Below, in pieces: positions 11,077 to 20,994 of a stretch of 38,495 nucleotides of DNA (the stretch's first letter is position 1; each line of letters begins with the position of its first letter). The position numbers and the translations under genes are program-made. The stretch is from Pseudomonadota bacterium (GTDB taxonomy: Bacteria > Bdellovibrionota_B > Oligoflexia > Silvanigrellales > Silvanigrellaceae), in the NCBI GenBank assembly GCA_039799905.1, contig JBDLRP010000016.1:1-38495 (forward strand), in the 5' to 3' direction. The notes below the pieces were generated by a model. The model was not told the DNA's origin, ran no database searches, and was given only the letters and a program-made list of their open reading frames with translations.

Positions 11077-12378
11077 ATGTCGACCCCGTTTGTAATACAT
11101 CCGCTAAAAATCAAAGCAGGGCAGAAGTTTTTCCAGACTCAGAATTGCCTGTACAGCAACCAGATAGAGCAATTGCCATTACAGAAGTTGGGTGCCGATC
11201 GGTGTGCCTTTGTTGGAACAGGCGACCAGCGGCAGCCGGCACTATACTGCCGCGATCACCTGATGGCCGTCCGCTTTCTTCCGCGCAGGTGGTCTGAAGC
11301 GTTTCAAGCACACAGCATTTCAGCCGCAACATTGACCGACCTCATTTGCACCGACCTGCTCGAATTGCGCCACCGCAAACAACGATTGACTCATTCCGCA
11401 GGCGAGGCATTCCGCTGGGTGCACGGCGACGCGGACGGGCTCCCCGGAATCGTCGTCGATGATTATTCCTCAATTGTTGTTCTGCAGAGTGGCTCGCCAC
11501 TGGGTGATTTTTTACTCGAATTTGTGATAGCAGCATTACTCAAAACAACCGAGAAACCGATATTCGAGCGCAGCTCCGGACAAATCCGTGCTCTCGAAAA
11601 GTTGCCCGAACGGACGCGTTGGATCCGCGAACCGACGCGTGACCAGACCGCAAACATTCCAGACACGGTGCAGACAGAAATCGCCGGGTTGAGCATGAGT
11701 TTCCGGCCGCTGCGTTGCCAGAAAACCGGACTTTTTCTCGACCAAAAGGAAAATCTCGAACTCTTTAAAGTCATGTCCGCGCGTCTTGGGGCGAAATCGA
11801 TGCTCGATTTGTGCAGTTACGTCGGTGCTTGGTCGTGCGCGGGCGCGGCTGCCGGAATGCACGAATTTACCCTTGTGGATCAGGACAAGGATGCTCTTGC
11901 AACCGCCAGCATAAACATCGCCGCAAACACCCCATCACAACTGGTGGTACCTGCAGTTACGGCGTTGCATGGTGACCTGTTTGAGATTCTGGCCAAACTG
12001 AATAGGGACAAGCAGAGTTTTTCAGCAGTCGTGGCCGACCCTCCGGCATTTACAAAATCAGCCAAACATGTTGCCGAAGCGAAGCGCGCCTACCAACGGT
12101 TGACGAAACTCGCATCCAAACTCGTCAGCGCAGGTGGAGTTTATGTGGCATGCAGCTGCTCGCGGCACATCGGTGAAGAAGACTTTTACGAGATCGTCAG
12201 TGCAGCGCTCGACAGCGACGACTGGTGTTATCTGGGACGCGGACGACAGTCGCCCGACCACACGGTGTTGGCAGCCGACAAGCAGTCGCTCTATCTGAAA
12301 GTGCTGTTTTTCGAGCGGCGATCTTCGCTGTCGCAAATAGGCCCGCACGCGGGCAAGCCGCGGGGAGATGCCGATTGA
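11077..12378 (+). CDS. RlmI/RlmK-family class I SAM-dependent rRNA methyltransferase
   Basis: FRWVHGDADGLPGIVVDDY, QKTGLFLDQ, LDLCSYVG, DPPAF, ACSCS. Confidence 0.85.
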   Translation: MSTPFVIHPLKIKAGQKFFQTQNCLYSNQIEQLPLQKLGADRCAFVGTGDQRQPALYCRDHLMAVRFLPRRWSEAFQAHSISAATLTDLICTDLLELRHRKQRLTHSAGEAFRWVHGDADGLPGIVVDDYSSIVVLQSGSPLGDFLLEFVIAALLKTTEKPIFERSSGQIRALEKLPERTRWIREPTRDQTANIPDTVQTEIAGLSMSFRPLRCQKTGLFLDQKENLELFKVMSARLGAKSMLDLCSYVGAWSCAGAAAGMHEFTLVDQDKDALATASINIAANTPSQLVVPAVTALHGDLFEILAKLNRDKQSFSAVVADPPAFTKSAKHVAEAKRAYQRLTKLASKLVSAGGVYVACSCSRHIGEEDFYEIVSAALDSDDWCYLGRGRQSPDHTVLAADKQSLYLKVLFFERRSSLSQIGPHAGKPRGDAD

Positions 12379-13550
12379 ACTCAGCGCTGCGCAAACATAT
12401 CGTCATTGACGCACGCGTCGTTGTGAACAACCAGAGTCACGGCATCGCCCGCTACACCGACGAACTTGTCCGAAATCTTCGCGACATCGACAGCCCTTTT
12501 GATTTCACGCTGTTCGTCAACAAAACATCACCGTTCCTGCAACAAAAATGGCCGGCTCATATCCACTTCCGAATTCTCAAGACAAGTTGGATCAGTCTGC
12601 TCGGTCAAATTGAAATGCTGTCACACCTTCGACAGCTCAAGCCCGACCTCTTCCACTCGCCGAGCTTCATTGTTCCCTTTCTCAGCAGCGTGCCTCTGGT
12701 CACGACCATCCACGACCTCAATCACGTCGTCCTGTCGGAAAATTATTCGATATTCCACAGACTCTATTACAGCATTCTACTTGCCCGCAAAATCAAACGC
12801 TCCAAGGCAGTGATCACAGTCTCCGGATTCTCAAAGCAGGAAATCATCAACTTTTTCAGAACACAGCCTGAACACGTTCGAGTCATACACAACGGAATCA
12901 GCGAGCAGTTCCATAATCCACCCGTCCACGGCACGCAGGAACTGGAAAACTGCCGCAAGAAATACGAACTTCCGAATGAATACATATTATCCATCGGCAA
13001 CAAGAAGCCACACAAAAACATTGCTCGTCTGGTCGAGGCATGGGCTCGCAGCAACGTCAGCACTCCACTTGTCCTGCTGTCAGATTTTGACGCCTCGCTG
13101 CTGGAAATTGCCGAGGCCCATCATAAAAAACACAACTTGCACTTCCTGAGGTTTGTGCCCAATTCCGCACTTCCAGCGATTTACGCAGGTGCACGACTTT
13201 TTGTTTATCCGTCCATTTACGAGGGCTTCGGATTCCCGCCGCTCGAGGCTGCAGCCTGCGGAGTTCCTGTTGTTGTTTCGAATTGCTCTTCGCTTCCGGA
13301 AGTCATGCGCGACTGTGCGCTGTACATCAACCCGTCAAATACCGAAGACATCACTCGGACCCTTGAAAAAGCAATGACTGATTCTGCAGAACAGCAGGAT
13401 AGAATCAGCCGCGGCCGCGAGCTGGTAAAGAGTTATTCGTGGGCCAGAGCCGCTGAGGCTACACACAGTGTCTACGAGAACATCCTGATTCCAGAATCGG
13501 CACGAAGAGTCGGTCAGCTTTCCGCCACCGAGGTGACCTCGCGTGGATAG
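12375..13550 (+). CDS. Glycosyltransferase family 4 (GT-B)
   Basis: GIARY, TIHDL, KPHKN, YPSIYEGFGFPPLEAAACG. TTG start at 12375 with SD GGGGAG overlaps the upstream TGA. Confidence 0.9.
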   Translation: MNSALRKHIVIDARVVVNNQSHGIARYTDELVRNLRDIDSPFDFTLFVNKTSPFLQQKWPAHIHFRILKTSWISLLGQIEMLSHLRQLKPDLFHSPSFIVPFLSSVPLVTTIHDLNHVVLSENYSIFHRLYYSILLARKIKRSKAVITVSGFSKQEIINFFRTQPEHVRVIHNGISEQFHNPPVHGTQELENCRKKYELPNEYILSIGNKKPHKNIARLVEAWARSNVSTPLVLLSDFDASLLEIAEAHHKKHNLHFLRFVPNSALPAIYAGARLFVYPSIYEGFGFPPLEAAACGVPVVVSNCSSLPEVMRDCALYINPSNTEDITRTLEKAMTDSAEQQDRISRGRELVKSYSWARAAEATHSVYENILIPESARRVGQLSATEVTSRG

Positions 13551-14679
13551 CCCGCAGTTCGCAAATCCGAGAAAAAAAACCATCGGCCTCAATGGCCGTT
13601 TTTTGGTCGCACAACGGACCGGTGTGCAGCGCTCGGCCTATCGTCTTTTTCGCAGCGTCATTGAACAGGGGGAGCAGTTCAATTTCATCTTATTTACCGG
13701 TGACAGCGAACTTTTCGCACCGGAATGGCAGCGCCCGAATGTTCAGGTCGTCACGAGCCCGCTCTCGCAGCGCACCGTTCTACGCAATCATCTATGGGAA
13801 CAAGTGGAGCTGCCACGGCTTGCCAAGAGATTCGGGATCGATCTCCTGCACAGTCCAGCAAATCTGGCGCCGTTGAATTTCCGCGGACACAGCATCGTCA
13901 ACATCCACGACCTGTGCTTTTTGGTGCAGCCCGCGTGGTTTTCGCTCTCTTTCCGGCTCATCTACCGCTGGCTCGTGCCCAAAATCGCGCGCAACAGTTC
14001 CCTTGTTGTGACGAATTCTAACTATTCAAAAAATGATATTCTGAAGTTCCTGAAGTTGCAGGTCGACCGCATCCGCCTCACCTATTGGTCAGTCGACCCG
14101 ATTTTTTTTGAATTCAACAAGCCCTACCAGGAGCGGGAAGACAGAATTATTTTTGTAGGTTCACTTGAGCCTCGCAAAAATCTGCGCGGACTGTTGAAAG
14201 GGTTTGCCCTCTTCAAGCAAAATAACCCCGACAGCAAAACGCGTTTGACTGTGGTCGGCTGCGAGAGTCCGCTGTTCGCCGACATCGGAATCAACCGGCA
14301 CGAGGTCGGCGGAGACGTCGACTTTCGCGGATACATCAGCGACAAAGAACTCGCCCAACTATTCGGCAGCGTGCGCGCACTTGTGTATCCGTCTTTTTAC
14401 GAGGGCTTCGGGTTTCCCCCTCTCGAGGCAATGGCCGCAGGCACTCCCGTCGTGACAAGTCGCACTTCAAGTCTGCCCGAAGTCGTGGGAAATGCCGCAC
14501 TGCTGGTTGACCCCTATTCTCCGGATGACATTGCCGACAAAATCGCTCAGGCCCTCAGGCCGGATGTTGCAATGACACTGATTCAGCGGGGTTCCGAACA
14601 GGTTCGCCGCTTCAGCTGGGATCGCGTCGGCCAGCACATGTTGGAAATCTACTCCGAGATTCTGGCCGAACAGCCTTAA
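13543..14679 (+). CDS. Glycosyltransferase family 4 (GT-B)
   Basis: TGVQR, NIHDL, GSLEPRKN, YPSFYEGFGFPPLEAMAAG. GTG start overlaps the end of the previous gene. Confidence 0.92.
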   Translation: MDSPQFANPRKKTIGLNGRFLVAQRTGVQRSAYRLFRSVIEQGEQFNFILFTGDSELFAPEWQRPNVQVVTSPLSQRTVLRNHLWEQVELPRLAKRFGIDLLHSPANLAPLNFRGHSIVNIHDLCFLVQPAWFSLSFRLIYRWLVPKIARNSSLVVTNSNYSKNDILKFLKLQVDRIRLTYWSVDPIFFEFNKPYQEREDRIIFVGSLEPRKNLRGLLKGFALFKQNNPDSKTRLTVVGCESPLFADIGINRHEVGGDVDFRGYISDKELAQLFGSVRALVYPSFYEGFGFPPLEAMAAGTPVVTSRTSSLPEVVGNAALLVDPYSPDDIADKIAQALRPDVAMTLIQRGSEQVRRFSWDRVGQHMLEIYSEILAEQP

Positions 14680-14764
14680 ATCCCGAAACAAATCAGACAC
14701 AATTGTTTGCTTGTTTTCTGCCCGAGTGCGGGGTATGGCTGGGGCCAGTTCATTCGAGGGTTCT

Positions 14765-16579
14765 ATGAGCAGCAATCAAAAGATTCGTAATATCGCAATC
14801 ATCGCACACGTTGACCATGGTAAAACAACTCTGGTTGACGGTCTTCTTCAGCAGGCCGGTACATTTCAGGCCCACCAGACGGTCTCTGAACGTGTGATGG
14901 ACAGCATGGACCTCGAAAAGGAACGCGGAATCACCATCGCAGCCAAAAACGCGTCGATGATTTACAAAGACACCCGCATCAACATCGTCGACACCCCCGG
15001 ACACGCCGACTTCGGTGCCGAAGTGGAACGCACGTTGATGATGGTCGACGGTGCAATTCTCCTCGTCGACGCCGCCGAAGGCTGTCTGCCGCAGACGCGT
15101 TTCGTTTTGCAGAAAGCCCTGCAGCGCCACCTCTCTATGATTGTGGTCGTCAACAAGGTTGACCGTCCCGATGCGCGGGTTGAAGAAGTTGTTGAGTCCA
15201 TCCACGACCTCTTCCTCGAACTATCATTTGAAGACCACCATCTGGACTTTCCAGTGCTGTACGCATCTGGCCGGCAGGGCTGGGCAAGCAAAAAGCTTGA
15301 TGTGAAGACCGAAAACCTCGCCGATTTGTTCGACACGGTGCTCGAGCACGTGCAGCCGCCGCGCATCAAAGACAACGGCCCGACGCAGATGCTCATCAAC
15401 AACTTGTCCTACAACCCCTACCTCGGCCGCCTCGTGATTGGCCGCATTGAGCGCGGAAGCCTGACAACCAACCAGAACATCGCAGTGCTCGGCGAAAACG
15501 GCCGCGTGCAAACCTGTAAAGTTGTCAAATTGCGCGCTTACCGCGGACTCGAGCAGGTTGACGTGGAACGCATTGATGCCGGCGACATCGCCATCGTCGC
15601 GACCGGACTCACAGATTTGGCCATCGGTGACACAGTTTCCGATGCAAACACGCAAGAAGCTCTCGAGCGCATTCAGGTCGACCCGCCGACTGTGAGTGTT
15701 GAGGTTTCGGTCAACACCTCGCCCATGGCAGGCCGCGAAGGCAAGCCGTTGACGAGCCGCAAGCTATACGAGTTTCTGACCAAAGAGGCGATGCACAACG
15801 TTGCCCTGCGGATCGATGAAACAGACACGCCTGAAGTGTTCTTCCTTAAGGCGCGCGGTGAATTGCAGATTTCAATCGTGATGGAAAACCTGCGCCGCGA
15901 CGGTGGCGAGTGCATGCTCGCGCGTCCAAAGGTCATTACGAAAATGATCGACGGCGTTGAACACGACCCCATCGAACGCGTGGTTGTCGACGTACCTGAT
16001 TTCTCGGTCGGCGTTGTGACTGAAAAACTCTCGCTGCGCAAAGGCCGCATGGTCAACATGAACACACTCGGTTCCAATCGCGTGCGCATCGAATTTTCCG
16101 TTCCCACGCGCGGACTTCTCGGCTACCGCAGCACATTCCTGACCGACACCAAAGGCGAAGGAATCATGTCCAGCTATTTTGAAGGCTGGGAGCCGCTCAA
16201 AACTGGATTCCTTGTCCGACAGAACGGTGCATTGATTGCTGACCGCGCCGGAAAAACGACCGAATACGCGCTGCATGGTTTGGAAGACCGCGGCCGTTTG
16301 TTTGTCCGCGAAGGCGAGGAAGTTTACGAAGGTATGGTCGTCGGTGAAAACAACCGCGACAACAACCTCGACGTCAACGTGATCCGCGAGAAAAAACTGA
16401 CCAACATGCGTTCTGCCGGCACAGACGACAGCACAAAACTGTCGCCCATCGCCAAGATGTCGCTTGAGTCAGCCATCGACTGGATCGACGAAGACGAATG
16501 GATTGAGATCACACCCAAGAGCATTCGAATCCGCAAGCGGGTCCTGCAAGCCAACATGCGCAGTATTTCGAGAAAATAA
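14765..16579 (+). CDS. typA: Translational GTPase TypA/BipA
   Basis: IRNIAIIAHVDHGKTTLVD, DTPGHADF, KKLTNMRSAGTD, EITPKSIRIRK. ATG at 14765 follows SD GAGGG. Confidence 0.97.
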   Translation: MSSNQKIRNIAIIAHVDHGKTTLVDGLLQQAGTFQAHQTVSERVMDSMDLEKERGITIAAKNASMIYKDTRINIVDTPGHADFGAEVERTLMMVDGAILLVDAAEGCLPQTRFVLQKALQRHLSMIVVVNKVDRPDARVEEVVESIHDLFLELSFEDHHLDFPVLYASGRQGWASKKLDVKTENLADLFDTVLEHVQPPRIKDNGPTQMLINNLSYNPYLGRLVIGRIERGSLTTNQNIAVLGENGRVQTCKVVKLRAYRGLEQVDVERIDAGDIAIVATGLTDLAIGDTVSDANTQEALERIQVDPPTVSVEVSVNTSPMAGREGKPLTSRKLYEFLTKEAMHNVALRIDETDTPEVFFLKARGELQISIVMENLRRDGGECMLARPKVITKMIDGVEHDPIERVVVDVPDFSVGVVTEKLSLRKGRMVNMNTLGSNRVRIEFSVPTRGLLGYRSTFLTDTKGEGIMSSYFEGWEPLKTGFLVRQNGALIADRAGKTTEYALHGLEDRGRLFVREGEEVYEGMVVGENNRDNNLDVNVIREKKLTNMRSAGTDDSTKLSPIAKMSLESAIDWIDEDEWIEITPKSIRIRKRVLQANMRSISRK

Positions 16580-16586
16580 CGCATTC

Positions 16587-16624
16587 AAAAAAGCTCAGGG
16601 AGATTATTCTTCCTGAGCTTTTTT
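16587..16624 (+). terminator. Intrinsic terminator after typA
   Basis: AAAAAAGCTCAGG-N12-CCTGAGCTTTTTT. Confidence 0.88.
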
Positions 16625-16656
16625 ATTTGAGTGACTTTTCCATCGGGGCTTTTGTT

Positions 16657-19587
16657 ATGGCACATCATCCTCTCACCCTTGCGCTGCTGGAAACACTGCA
16701 AGCTCAGGGACAAGACCTCTCGCCCCATCACAAAACTGCATTTGAAAAGCTCTCGGATGAACATCCGGCCGGAATTGCGTTGGCGCAGATGGAAACCCCG
16801 ATGATGCGCCAGTTCAAAGAAGCCAAGGATGCCGTTCCCGACGCCCTGCTGTTCTTCCGTATGGGTGATTTCTATGAGCTGTTCGGTGCAGATGCTGTGA
16901 TTGCTGCCGAAGTGTGCCAGCTGACACTGACGAGCCGTGATCGCAACTCCGATAATCCCGTCCCGATGGCGGGTGTTCCGGCGGTCAATCACCGCGCGAC
17001 ACTCAAGAAGGCGCTCGCTGCCGGATTCAAAGTTGCGGTGTGCGACCAACTCGAAGACCCAAAACTCGCCAAAGGACTCGTCAAGCGCGACATAGTGCGC
17101 ATTGCGACTCCGGCTGTTCCCGGTGATCTGGGAGAAGATGATGAAGCCTCCACACCGTCCGGAACCTACCTAGCCTGTGCCGTCCCCGCGCAGGCAGGCC
17201 AGTGGGCACTGGCTTATGTCGACGTCTCAACCGGAGTTTTCCGCTATACGGGACGCCTGAGTTTGAGCGATCTCGAGCAGGAGCTCGTCACTCTGGCGCC
17301 TCGCGAAATAACTGTTCCAGCCAATCAGACCGAGCGCATGACGGAATTCGCACGCGGCAGGTTCACACTGATACCGCGCGTTTCTGCCATGCCCGCGTGG
17401 ATCTTCCGTTCGCCCTCGGACACCATGCGTCTTTTTGAAGATTTTTTTGAATTGCCGCAGCTCAATTCTTTCGGAATTCCCGCCATTGAAGGCTCTTTGC
17501 AGGCCGTTGCCGGGGTTCTGCACTACCTTAAAGAAACACAACGCGGAGTCGTAAAAAACCTGACCCGCATTGATTACTATGATGTTTCAAAGCACCTCGT
17601 ACTCGATGAGTCGACGAAACGTCACTTGGATTTCTTTGCCACCGCGACGGGTGAACGCAAGGGCAGCCTGTTTCACTTTTTGAATCAGTGCGCAACCGCG
17701 TGCGGCGCGCGTCTGTTGGCTCACAAACTCAATTACCCCGAAAAGTCTGCCGGCGCGGTGCAAGACGCACACAATGCGGTGGACGCGATTCTCGGAGCGG
17801 CACATGCAGAACGCGAAATATTCGGCGAATTGCGCAGCACGGCCGACCTCGACCGGCAGCTGAGCCGCGCAGCGCAAAACAGCATCGACCCCAAAGGAAT
17901 GGCATGGGTGGGACAGACACTTGCCCGTCTGCCGGCGTTGCAACTGGTCGTTCGTAAAATTTCTGCAAATTCAGATGCGCTCACACAGACGGACGAAAGC
18001 CTAGAGATTCAGCTGGCGGAAGTGAATTCGCTCAGCCATTTGCTACAGAGTGCTCTGGAAGACGAACCCGCTCAGATTGTCGGCAAGGGCGGAAAAATTT
18101 TCAAAAGCGGTTTCAATGCCGAGCTCGATGAACTTGTCGATCTGGAGGCAAATTTTGAGGGAAAGATTGCCGCACTGGAGCTGCATGAGCGGACAATCTC
18201 CGGAATTCCGACTCTAAAAATAGGCTACACCCGGGCGTTCGGTTACTATTTTGAAATCTCCAAAGGGAAACTTTCACAGGTTCCCGCGCACTTTGAGCGA
18301 AAGCAAACACTTGTCAACGGTGAGAGATTCATCACTCCCGAACTGAAAGAGCTCGAAGACAAAGCCCTGTCGGCCTCAGACAGGCGAACCACCATTGAAA
18401 GACAACTGCTTGAGCAGCTTCGCAATGAAATCATTCGATACGCAACACCGCTGACAGCACTGTCGCGTTTGATTGCGCAACTTGACGTCTGGCGTTGCTT
18501 TGCGCAGCTGGCAAGTGAACACCGCTGGTGCAAACCGGTGATCATCGAGCGACACGCGACTGCGCTCGAGCAATGCGTTCATCCCATACTCGCAGGGTTA
18601 CGCACCACACGCAGTAGGTTCGTGGCCAACGACATCGTTTTGGGCGACACAGCCGATATTCCTACCGGCGCCTTTGGACACAACCTTACGAGCGGACAAG
18701 TCCTGCTCATCACCGGACCAAACATGGCCGGTAAAAGCACCGTCATGCGACAGGTCGCATTGGCGCACATTCTGGCACAAATGGGTTGTTATGTTCCGGC
18801 AAAACGCGCGACACTCGGCATGTGCGACAAAATATTCACACGCATCGGCGCCGGTGATTTTGCCTTGCGCAACCAGTCAACATTTATGGTTGAAATGCTA
18901 GAAACTGCGCAGATGCTCCAGTTTGCAACTCAGTCCAGTTTGCTTTTACTCGACGAGATCGGCCGTGGAACCTCGACGTATGATGGCCTGAGTCTGGCTT
19001 GGGCAATTCTCGAAGATCTCGCAGCCCGCGTGCGTGCGCGGACTCTCTTTTCAACTCACTATCACGAACTCGTCGATGCCGCCGCAGCACAGTCGAACGT
19101 TACTGCGATGCGAATGGAGGTTGTTGAACAGCCTGCCAGCAACGGCGCGCAAATTATCTTCACCTACAGATTCCTTAACGGCGCGGCCGGAAAGAGTTAC
19201 GGTATTCACGTTGCACGATTGGCCGGCATTCCGGAACGTGTTGTCGCAAGGGCAAATGAACTGCTCAAAACACTGTCGGCTCACGACTCAACGGAACTCC
19301 GCAGCGTGGCAAAGGGCGAACCGCAGGGAGAAGCAGCGCCGCAGGCACACGCTGACGTTAACTATCCGCAGGCACAAACACTTGCCGACGACCCGCTGCG
19401 CACCTTTTTAAGTCATCTTGATCCCGACGAACTCTCGCCGCGCGAAGCACTCGACATCGTCAGCGAGCTAGTTAAGTGCAGCAAAGAAAAATTGCCTCCC
19501 AGTCACCCCAAAGACACAACTGGCGTGGCCCGCAAGGCTGCACGCAAAAAGCAATGGGACACGGAAAGTCTGCACTCGCTTTTCTGA
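16657..19587 (+). CDS. mutS: DNA mismatch repair protein MutS
   Basis: TPMMRQF, FFRMGDFYELF, GPNMAGKST, STFMVEM, DEIGRGTST, SYGIHVARLAG. The start codon is uncertain. Confidence 0.95.
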   Translation: MAHHPLTLALLETLQAQGQDLSPHHKTAFEKLSDEHPAGIALAQMETPMMRQFKEAKDAVPDALLFFRMGDFYELFGADAVIAAEVCQLTLTSRDRNSDNPVPMAGVPAVNHRATLKKALAAGFKVAVCDQLEDPKLAKGLVKRDIVRIATPAVPGDLGEDDEASTPSGTYLACAVPAQAGQWALAYVDVSTGVFRYTGRLSLSDLEQELVTLAPREITVPANQTERMTEFARGRFTLIPRVSAMPAWIFRSPSDTMRLFEDFFELPQLNSFGIPAIEGSLQAVAGVLHYLKETQRGVVKNLTRIDYYDVSKHLVLDESTKRHLDFFATATGERKGSLFHFLNQCATACGARLLAHKLNYPEKSAGAVQDAHNAVDAILGAAHAEREIFGELRSTADLDRQLSRAAQNSIDPKGMAWVGQTLARLPALQLVVRKISANSDALTQTDESLEIQLAEVNSLSHLLQSALEDEPAQIVGKGGKIFKSGFNAELDELVDLEANFEGKIAALELHERTISGIPTLKIGYTRAFGYYFEISKGKLSQVPAHFERKQTLVNGERFITPELKELEDKALSASDRRTTIERQLLEQLRNEIIRYATPLTALSRLIAQLDVWRCFAQLASEHRWCKPVIIERHATALEQCVHPILAGLRTTRSRFVANDIVLGDTADIPTGAFGHNLTSGQVLLITGPNMAGKSTVMRQVALAHILAQMGCYVPAKRATLGMCDKIFTRIGAGDFALRNQSTFMVEMLETAQMLQFATQSSLLLLDEIGRGTSTYDGLSLAWAILEDLAARVRARTLFSTHYHELVDAAAAQSNVTAMRMEVVEQPASNGAQIIFTYRFLNGAAGKSYGIHVARLAGIPERVVARANELLKTLSAHDSTELRSVAKGEPQGEAAPQAHADVNYPQAQTLADDPLRTFLSHLDPDELSPREALDIVSELVKCSKEKLPPSHPKDTTGVARKAARKKQWDTESLHSLF

Positions 19588-19649
19588 AACGAAGAAGCAG
19601 GTTAATCTCATCGCAATGGACTGTGCAACTCATCCAAGGAAGGATGAAC

Positions 19650-20981
19650 ATGCAACGTGGCAGCAATCGTCTCATATTCTCTTTGACTTGCCTGACACTT
19701 CTTGCGGGCTGCAAGAGCACGTCTGTGCAAGACAACCCAGCAACCAAAGATCGCCTTGCAACGAATCCTGTTCTTTTTATGGAGCAATATGAGAGCAACG
19801 AATTTTCTCGTTGTATCGATGAAGATGGCAAAACAACAGGTTCCCTAAACGCAATCTGGCGGGTGAAAAACTCTGCCGGACGCGAAATCAAACCTTACAT
19901 CGAAAGTTTTTCCGGCAAGGTACGCACACTGAAGGGTGAACTTCTCGAATTTCAAAGCTTCCTCGCAGTCTCAGAAAAAAATTTCGAAATCCCACAACAG
20001 GAACGTGTCGAGACTTTTCCACGCGGAAGCTATTCGGCCTTTAAAATCATCTTCACAGACGATGATGTTCGCAAAGGGCTTGCGGTCTTTAGACTGAACG
20101 GAATCACACCTCCAAACGCAGACTTTTCAACTGCAATTTTATACATTCCGCGTTTTGCGATTGGCGGTGAATATTCAACAAAATATTATCTTCAGAGACA
20201 CGACAAGCGTGTTCACGAATTGAGTTGCCAAGCAGTCAATGAAAGTACCCGCGAACAGCTCATCACATTTGCGGCAAAAGATGGTTTGCATGAATACAGT
20301 GGTCCGCGCGGTAAAAAAACCGCTTTTCTGACGACACCCATCAACCCTCAGGCAATTCAGGCGCGCGGTATTGCCTTAGACGCCGATGATCTGCAGGTGA
20401 CCAAAGAAACAAGTAAAGATCTGCGTCCTGCAAACCGTCCGGCGAATTACGACAAATTCTACAGGCACACGCGTCTCTTTGAGTGCGACACCGCCGGCAG
20501 CTTGGATGCGATTTGGAGGATTGCTGATGAAAAAGGGAAAAAGATTCCCGAATCAGAACAATTCATCACCGGCTTTGCGGGCGAACTGAAAGATAAAAAA
20601 TCCACACGCAATTTTTCCTTCAATGCAATCAGCATTGATCCGCAACCGGCATTTTATTCAGGTAAAATGCCCCCAAACGGTAAGTTCTTTTTTCCAGCAA
20701 TTGAATTCAAAGAAGACGACGTCAAGAACCAGGCCGCAGGGCACTCGCAACTCGGCAAGATCGATGCCGAGTTTGTCTCGGGAGGAGGCACAGTCTTTAT
20801 TCCTCGCAACGGTTCCGGAGAACCGATCTCTGTGTCGTTGTCTTTGGGCAAATCGTTGCGCGGCGAACCCTATCAAGTCACAATCCAATGCAAACCCGTC
20901 AGAAAAAACATCTCGGCATGGATGATCCATTGCCTTGGTCCCGACAACCGCAAGAGCGCAGGAAAGGCCTGCCAACCCTGA
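19650..20981 (+). CDS. Hypothetical lipoprotein made of two tandem homologous domains
   Basis: SD AAGGAAGG before ATG 19650; lipobox LAGC; internal duplication (GSLNAIWR / GSLDAIWR). Confidence 0.8.
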   Translation: MQRGSNRLIFSLTCLTLLAGCKSTSVQDNPATKDRLATNPVLFMEQYESNEFSRCIDEDGKTTGSLNAIWRVKNSAGREIKPYIESFSGKVRTLKGELLEFQSFLAVSEKNFEIPQQERVETFPRGSYSAFKIIFTDDDVRKGLAVFRLNGITPPNADFSTAILYIPRFAIGGEYSTKYYLQRHDKRVHELSCQAVNESTREQLITFAAKDGLHEYSGPRGKKTAFLTTPINPQAIQARGIALDADDLQVTKETSKDLRPANRPANYDKFYRHTRLFECDTAGSLDAIWRIADEKGKKIPESEQFITGFAGELKDKKSTRNFSFNAISIDPQPAFYSGKMPPNGKFFFPAIEFKEDDVKNQAAGHSQLGKIDAEFVSGGGTVFIPRNGSGEPISVSLSLGKSLRGEPYQVTIQCKPVRKNISAWMIHCLGPDNRKSAGKACQP

Positions 20982-20994
20982 GGAAAGGCTGTAA

